DNA of 49,600 nucleotides from NCBI GenBank assembly GCA_028286485.1, contig JAQBRM010000007.1:1-49600 (forward strand). Direction: 5' to 3'. Source of the stretch: Candidatus Nomurabacteria bacterium (GTDB lineage Bacteria > Patescibacteriota > Minisyncoccia > Phycocordibacterales > UBA9973). The translations under genes were made by a program, and so were the position numbers. The notes below the pieces were generated by a model. It was given only the letters and a program-made list of their open reading frames with translations, searched no databases and was not told the DNA's origin. Position 1 is the stretch's first letter. The number at the start of each line of letters is the position of its first letter. Shown here one piece after another: positions 44,534 through 49,600 of the stretch.

Positions 44534-45919
44534 ATGCCAAAACCTCCTACCGCGCCTCAGACACTTCGCATTCCCCCTCACGACCTTGAGGCGGAGCAGG
44601 CTGTCCTTGGGGCTTTGATGCTGCGCCCCAGTGCAATCCATGACATCGTGGACTTGTTGGTGCCGGAAATGTTCTACGCACGCAAGCACAGCATTCTCTA
44701 TAAGACCATTTCGGAGCTTTCCAATAAAAACGAGCCGATTGATGTACTGTCCGTAGCCGCCAAACTGAAAGAGAAGAAAAGCCTCGATGATATCGGCGGC
44801 AATGCGTACCTCAATGAACTGATGAGCAATGTGCCTTCAACGGTGAATATCCGTCACTACGCCGATATCGTGTACAAGAAATACATTTTGCGCTCATTGA
44901 TCGACGCTTCTGAAAACATCGCCACCATTGCCTACGATCAAAATGAAATGGAGGTGACGGAAATTCTCGATACGGCCGAGAAAAGCATCTTCCGTATTTC
45001 TTCCGGCATGAACGTAAAGCATGCCTTTGTCTCCATTAAAACTTCATTGATGGAAACCATGGAGCACACGCTGCATCTGCATGAGAGCAAGGATGAGATT
45101 CGCGGCGTACCGACCGGCTACAGCGACCTCGACAACCTCACCGCCGGCCTGCAAAAGTCCGATCTTATTATTCTGGCGGCACGACCGAGTATGGGTAAGA
45201 CTACCTTTGCATTGGACATGGCGCGTAACGTGGCGTTGGCCGGCATTCCTGTCGGTATCTTCTCATTGGAAATGAGCGCGCAGCAGCTCGTACAGCGCAT
45301 GCTGTCAGCCGAGAGTCGCGTGGATGCCTGGAGCATCCGTACCGGTCATGGCCTCAATGCCGGACATTTCACTGCCTTGCAGGAAGCGGCCAGTCGTTTG
45401 CAAAAGGCACCGATCTATATTGATGACCAAGCCGGCAACTCCATCGTCAAGATGCGTTCCGTGGCGCGCCGATTGAAAAGCGAGCACGGCCTGGGGTTGA
45501 TCGTGATTGACTACTTACAGCTCATGACTACCAGCAAGAACTATGACAACATGGTCAACCAAGTGACGGAAATTTCCCGTTCCTTGAAGCAGCTGGCCCG
45601 TGAGCTTGATGTGCCCGTCCTAGCCTTGTCACAGCTCTCTCGTGCCGTGGAATCCCGTGGCGGACGCCCTCGCTTATCCGACCTCCGTGACTCCGGTTCC
45701 ATCGAGCAAGATGCCGACCTTGTGATGTTCCTGCACCGCGAAGATCGCTACAAGGAGCAGCATGAGAAGGATAATATTACCGAAATCCTGATTGAAAAGC
45801 ACCGTAATGGTCCGGTGGGCATGATTCAGCTCTTATTTGACGGTAAGACTACTTCCTTCCTCGCCATGGACAAGGCGCATGCTCCTGCCACCAAGGCAGT
45901 GTCACTGGAAGACTTCTAA
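44534..45919 (+). CDS. dnaB: Replicative DNA helicase
   Basis: PPHDLEAEQAVLG, AARPSMGKT, IDYLQL, LSQLSR, DLRDSGSIEQDAD, KHRNG; no intein. Confidence 0.98.
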   Translation: MPKPPTAPQTLRIPPHDLEAEQAVLGALMLRPSAIHDIVDLLVPEMFYARKHSILYKTISELSNKNEPIDVLSVAAKLKEKKSLDDIGGNAYLNELMSNVPSTVNIRHYADIVYKKYILRSLIDASENIATIAYDQNEMEVTEILDTAEKSIFRISSGMNVKHAFVSIKTSLMETMEHTLHLHESKDEIRGVPTGYSDLDNLTAGLQKSDLIILAARPSMGKTTFALDMARNVALAGIPVGIFSLEMSAQQLVQRMLSAESRVDAWSIRTGHGLNAGHFTALQEAASRLQKAPIYIDDQAGNSIVKMRSVARRLKSEHGLGLIVIDYLQLMTTSKNYDNMVNQVTEISRSLKQLARELDVPVLALSQLSRAVESRGGRPRLSDLRDSGSIEQDADLVMFLHREDRYKEQHEKDNITEILIEKHRNGPVGMIQLLFDGKTTSFLAMDKAHAPATKAVSLEDF

Positions 45920-45922
45920 TAT

Positions 45923-46540
45923 ATGAATGACTCGGTTGATCGATTGGCAAAGTTATTCTTGAAATTTCCCGGCATTGGCGAGCGCCAAGCGCGGCGTTTC
46001 GCCTACTTCATACTGACACAGCAGGAAGGGTATGTGGATACGCTATCTCGCGCCTTGGTGGCAGCCCGTGCCCATGCCAATATGTGCAATCGTTGTTTGC
46101 GAATTTTCGAAGGGACGACGGATTCCAACTCTGGTTTGTGTGAAATTTGCAGTGATGAGCATCGCGATCAAGGCAGTATCGTGGTGGTGGAAAAAAGCCA
46201 GGACATCGAGAGTTTTGCGCGGACAGACTATAACGGATTGTTTTTCGTGTTGGGCGGACTGATTCCCATCGTGCAGAAGGACATCATTCAAGGCACCAAT
46301 GCGGCAAAACTGATCGCGCGCGTACAAGCGGAGCGCGCCGACGGCGCGCTGCGCGAAGTCATCCTCGCGTTTCCCATCACTCCTAACGGTGAACACACCG
46401 ACAGCGCCCTGCGCGAACTGCTCGCTCCCGTCAGTGACACCCTGACTATCACCTCGCTCGGCCGCGGCCTGTCCACCGGCGCCGAACTCGAATACGCCGA
46501 CCCCGCTTCCTTGGAGGCCTCATTGAAAAAACGGGAATAA
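45923..46540 (+). CDS. recR: Recombination mediator RecR
   Basis: FPGIGERQARR, C4 zinc finger CNRC...CEIC, GAELEYAD. Confidence 0.95.
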   Translation: MNDSVDRLAKLFLKFPGIGERQARRFAYFILTQQEGYVDTLSRALVAARAHANMCNRCLRIFEGTTDSNSGLCEICSDEHRDQGSIVVVEKSQDIESFARTDYNGLFFVLGGLIPIVQKDIIQGTNAAKLIARVQAERADGALREVILAFPITPNGEHTDSALRELLAPVSDTLTITSLGRGLSTGAELEYADPASLEASLKKRE

Positions 46541-46568
46541 AAAAACCTCTCATATGAGAGGTTTTTTT
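46539..46568. terminator. Bidirectional terminator recR/rplU
   Basis: AAAAAAACCTCTC-ATAT-GAGAGGTTTTTTT. Confidence 0.9.
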
Positions 46569-46569
46569 A

Positions 46570-46962
46570 TTAAGCGATTGCTGCAATCTTTACTTTGATG
46601 TACGGTTGGCGGTGGCCGTTTTTCTTCATGTAGCGGCTCTTCTGCTTGTATTTGATGACGGTGACTTTCGGAGCGCGGCCGACAATGGTCACTTCACCCG
46701 TTACTACTGCGCCGGTAATGAACGGGGTGCCGATAACGGTATCAACGCCATTGTCCGTAAGGAGCACTTGGTCAAAAGACACGGCATCGCCCTTCTTGCT
46801 CTCTTCCTTGAACTTCTCAATCATGATCGTTTCGCCGACTGATACGCGGTACTGCTTGCCGCCTGTGGCAATAACAGCGAATTCGCTCATGTTGGTTTTT
46901 GTTGTTTTAGGTGCCGCAGCCTTCTTGACAGGGGCTGGGGTCTTTTTTGTTACTGTTGCCAT
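46570..46962 (-). CDS. rplU: 50S ribosomal protein bL21
   Basis: FAVIATGGKQYRV, GHRQPY. Start at ATG 46962 (alternative 46890). Confidence 0.95.
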   Translation of the reverse strand: MATVTKKTPAPVKKAAAPKTTKTNMSEFAVIATGGKQYRVSVGETIMIEKFKEESKKGDAVSFDQVLLTDNGVDTVIGTPFITGAVVTGEVTIVGRAPKVTVIKYKQKSRYMKKNGHRQPYIKVKIAAIA

Positions 46963-47091
46963 ATTGAGCCAATAGTATACCTGTTTCGTCATATTTTGCA
47001 AGCATCCACGGCGCAAGGCAGGGATACTTGCAAAATCAATCCAATAGCGCAAGAATCTTACTAATTACTTAAAAAATGCTACAATATCCCC

Positions 47092-48009
47092 ATGATTTCC
47101 CGCTATACCTACCACGGCCTGACTTGGGTCGACCTTGAGTCCCCGAGCCGGGAAGAGATCCTGCATATCAGCGAGGAATTCGGCCTGTCCAAGCTGGTCG
47201 AGGAAGAGATATTCTCCACCACCCTCCGTTCAAAAGTGGACCTGTACGACAACTTCATTTACCTCATCCTGCACTTCCCTATTTTCAATAAAAAGAACAA
47301 GGTGCGCAGCGATCAAGAGCTGGACTTCATCATTGGCAAGAAATTCATCGTGACCGTACGCTATGAAATGATTGATCCCATCCACCAATTTGCCACGCTG
47401 TTCGAAAATGTCGAGCAATTGGACCAGCACAAGAAAATTTCAGATACCGGCATCATGTTCATGGAAATGATGAAGCAGCTGTACAAAGCCTCCGCCAAAG
47501 AACTGGAAGATATCACCAATCGCATTCCGGAAATAGAACGCAATATTTTTGACGGCAAGGAAGAGGCCATGGTGAAAATTATCTCCCATACCAATCGCAA
47601 GCTGCTCGACTTCAAGCAAGCCATTCGTTTTCACGGCGATATTTTGCAATCCTATGAAGCGGCCAGTAAGCGCTTCTTTGGTGATGACTATGGTTACTAT
47701 GCCACACTGATCACTTCGGAATTCAATAAAGTAAACAGTGTCTTGGAAGGCCATCATGACTTGTTGAAAGAATTGCAACTTACCAACGACTCATTATTGT
47801 CGGCCAAATCAAATGAGATACTGCGCACCTTTACTATTTTGACCTTCGTCATGCTGCCGCTCACCCTTATTACCGGTATTTTCAGTATGAACACCGGCGG
47901 CAACCTGATTTTTATCAAAAGCATTAATGATTTTTATATCATAATCGCCGCCATGACCCTTACCGGTCTGTGCATGTTTATCTTTTTCCGATTACGGAAG
48001 TGGATTTAA
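47092..48009 (+). CDS. CorA family divalent cation transporter
   Basis: TWVDLESP, NEILRTFTILT, LPLTLITGIFSMN, two C-terminal TMs. Confidence 0.92.
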   Translation: MISRYTYHGLTWVDLESPSREEILHISEEFGLSKLVEEEIFSTTLRSKVDLYDNFIYLILHFPIFNKKNKVRSDQELDFIIGKKFIVTVRYEMIDPIHQFATLFENVEQLDQHKKISDTGIMFMEMMKQLYKASAKELEDITNRIPEIERNIFDGKEEAMVKIISHTNRKLLDFKQAIRFHGDILQSYEAASKRFFGDDYGYYATLITSEFNKVNSVLEGHHDLLKELQLTNDSLLSAKSNEILRTFTILTFVMLPLTLITGIFSMNTGGNLIFIKSINDFYIIIAAMTLTGLCMFIFFRLRKWI

Positions 48010-48024
48010 CAACGGATATACCAT

Positions 48025-49401
48025 ATGGCCTTGAAACTCTACAATACCAAATCCCGCACCGTTGAAGAATTCATTCCTTTGAATGAAAAGACTGTGAGTA
48101 TGTATGCTTGCGGGCCAACAGTCTATGACTATACCCATATCGGCCACATACGAAAATATGTCGGTGATGATATCCTGCGCCGTACGCTGACATTGCTCGG
48201 CTATGACGTGAAGCATGTGATGAATATTACCGATGTGGGGCATCTGACCGATGATGCTGATACCGGTGATGATAAGTTTGAAAAAAGCGCTCTGAAAGAA
48301 GGTAAAGACGTCTGGGATATTGCCGCATTTTATACGGACTATTTTCATGACACGATGCGAGCAGTGAATGCCCTGCCGCCCACCATTGAAGCAAGGGCTA
48401 CTGACCATATTGCGGAAATGATTGCCTTGATTGAAACGCTTGTCGCAGAAGGCGTAGCGTACGAAACTCCTCACGCTATTTATTTTGATGTCACAAAAGA
48501 TCCGCACTACGGTGAATTGTCCGGCCAGAAACTCAGTGACAAGGAAACCGCCGCACGTGATGACGTTGTTATTGATCCGGACAAGAAAAATCCCGCCGAC
48601 TTTTCACTATGGTTTAAACGCGTGGGCAAGTTTGCCGATCATGTCATGCACTGGCCGAGTCCGTGGGGTGACGGCTTTCCCGGTTGGCATATCGAATGCT
48701 CGGCCATGGCCATGCATTTCCTGGGAGAGACGATCGATATTCATACCGGTGGCATCGATCACGTTCCCGTCCATCATGAAAATGAGATTGCCCAGAGTGA
48801 ATGCGCTACTCATAAACAATTCGTACGATATTGGGTACACCATGAATTCCTATTGGTGGATGGCGTGAAAATGTCCAAGAGCCTGCAAAATTTTTATACC
48901 ATCGATGATATTACTGCCCGACATATTGATCCTTTGGCGACTCGTTTAATGTTCATGCAAACAAGCTACCGCAAACCGATTAATTTCACATGGGATTCCT
49001 TGGAGGTTGCCAATCAGCAATATAAAAAGCTGCAAAAATTTGCCGCTCATCATGAAGAAGTGGGTGAAGTAAATGAGGGGTATAAAAATATTTTTATAGA
49101 AGGGCTTTCAGATGATATAAATACCGCCAAAGCGTTAGCGACTGTCTGGGAATTGCTGGCGGATGCTGCAGTATCTGAAGCAGACAAATGGGCTACATTG
49201 CTTCATTTTGATACGGTCTTGGGATTGAATTTAAAGGATGTGGAAAAATTCAGCATTTCCGACGAGGCAATGGAACTTATGAAAAAACGCGATAGCGCCC
49301 GTCAGGAAAAAGATTTCGCGCAATCCGATGAACTGCGCCGCCAATTGGAAGGCTTGGGCTATGAAGTCTTGGACACAGCGGAAGGAACAAAATTACAATA
49401 A
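48025..49401 (+). CDS. cysS: Cysteinyl-tRNA synthetase
   Basis: YACGPTVY, HIGH, PGWHIECS, HHENE, KMSKS. Confidence 0.97.
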   Translation: MALKLYNTKSRTVEEFIPLNEKTVSMYACGPTVYDYTHIGHIRKYVGDDILRRTLTLLGYDVKHVMNITDVGHLTDDADTGDDKFEKSALKEGKDVWDIAAFYTDYFHDTMRAVNALPPTIEARATDHIAEMIALIETLVAEGVAYETPHAIYFDVTKDPHYGELSGQKLSDKETAARDDVVIDPDKKNPADFSLWFKRVGKFADHVMHWPSPWGDGFPGWHIECSAMAMHFLGETIDIHTGGIDHVPVHHENEIAQSECATHKQFVRYWVHHEFLLVDGVKMSKSLQNFYTIDDITARHIDPLATRLMFMQTSYRKPINFTWDSLEVANQQYKKLQKFAAHHEEVGEVNEGYKNIFIEGLSDDINTAKALATVWELLADAAVSEADKWATLLHFDTVLGLNLKDVEKFSISDEAMELMKKRDSARQEKDFAQSDELRRQLEGLGYEVLDTAEGTKLQ

Positions 49402-49422
49402 AAAGGTACTGGGTACCTTTTT
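49400..49422. terminator. Bidirectional terminator cysS/lysS
   Basis: AAAAAGGTAC-TGG-GTACCTTTTT. Confidence 0.85.
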
Positions 49423-49427
49423 ATTAT

Positions 49428-49600
49428 TTATTGATGTTTTGGTTTCAATAGCGGGAAAAGCTGTGTTTCGCGCAGCGGTTTATCCACAAGGAAGGCAAAG
49501 AATCGTTCGCCCATGCCGAAACCAAAGGCCGGCGGCATGCCATGTTCCAGCATTTCCACAAATTCATCATCGGGCATCATAGCTTCGCCATCCCCCTCTT
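49428..49600 (-). CDS. lysS: Class II lysyl-tRNA synthetase, C-terminal fragment
   Basis: Translated by hand: EGDGEAMMPDDEFVEMLEHGMPPAFGFGMGERFFAFLVDKPLRETQLFPLLKPKHQ*. Confidence 0.9.
   Translation of the reverse strand, partial: EGDGEAMMPDDEFVEMLEHGMPPAFGFGMGERFFAFLVDKPLRETQLFPLLKPKHQ

Noticed and set aside
49480..49488. Second perfect DnaA box
   Set aside because: Inside lysS coding sequence (L-V-D-K codons); likely chance.
1..49600. tRNA, rRNA, CRISPR, transposase/integrase, alternative genetic code
   Set aside because: None recognised by eye; conserved genes are intact under code 11 and TGA ends genes at sensible places (e.g. 40603). A covariance-model scan was not possible.

Overview
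Gene-dense bacterial chromosomal segment using the standard genetic code. Compact genes, leader-poor promoters, a GAD-less AspRS and no outer-membrane components suggest a Patescibacteria/CPR (Parcubacteria-like) genome; this is inference. The left half carries envelope, efflux and redox genes: a P-type ATPase, doxX-FMN-binding-apbE-dedA-GT2, marR-2xMFP-MFS, a MacAB/YknXYZ-like ABC operon, nitroreductase/HxlR, ABC-F, lexA and an ECF sigma/anti-sigma pair. The right half is mostly housekeeping (aspS-scpAB-mraY-ftsW-murG, trpS, dnaB, recR, rplU, corA, cysS, lysS) plus four ABC exporter half-transporters. The main candidate for a new system is at 23647-28730: response regulator, an unannotated 37-aa ComX-like Trp peptide, a multi-TM histidine kinase, a fused class II terpene cyclase/class I prenyltransferase, and YihY. 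This reads as a ComQXPA-like peptide signalling locus that may make a cyclised-terpene-modified peptide. Also visible are an ECF regulon motif (TGAAAG-N16/17-CGTA), a LexA-type box in the promoter of a small unknown protein, and a shared domain inserted in two efflux adaptors. No rRNA, tRNA, CRISPR or mobile element was recognised.
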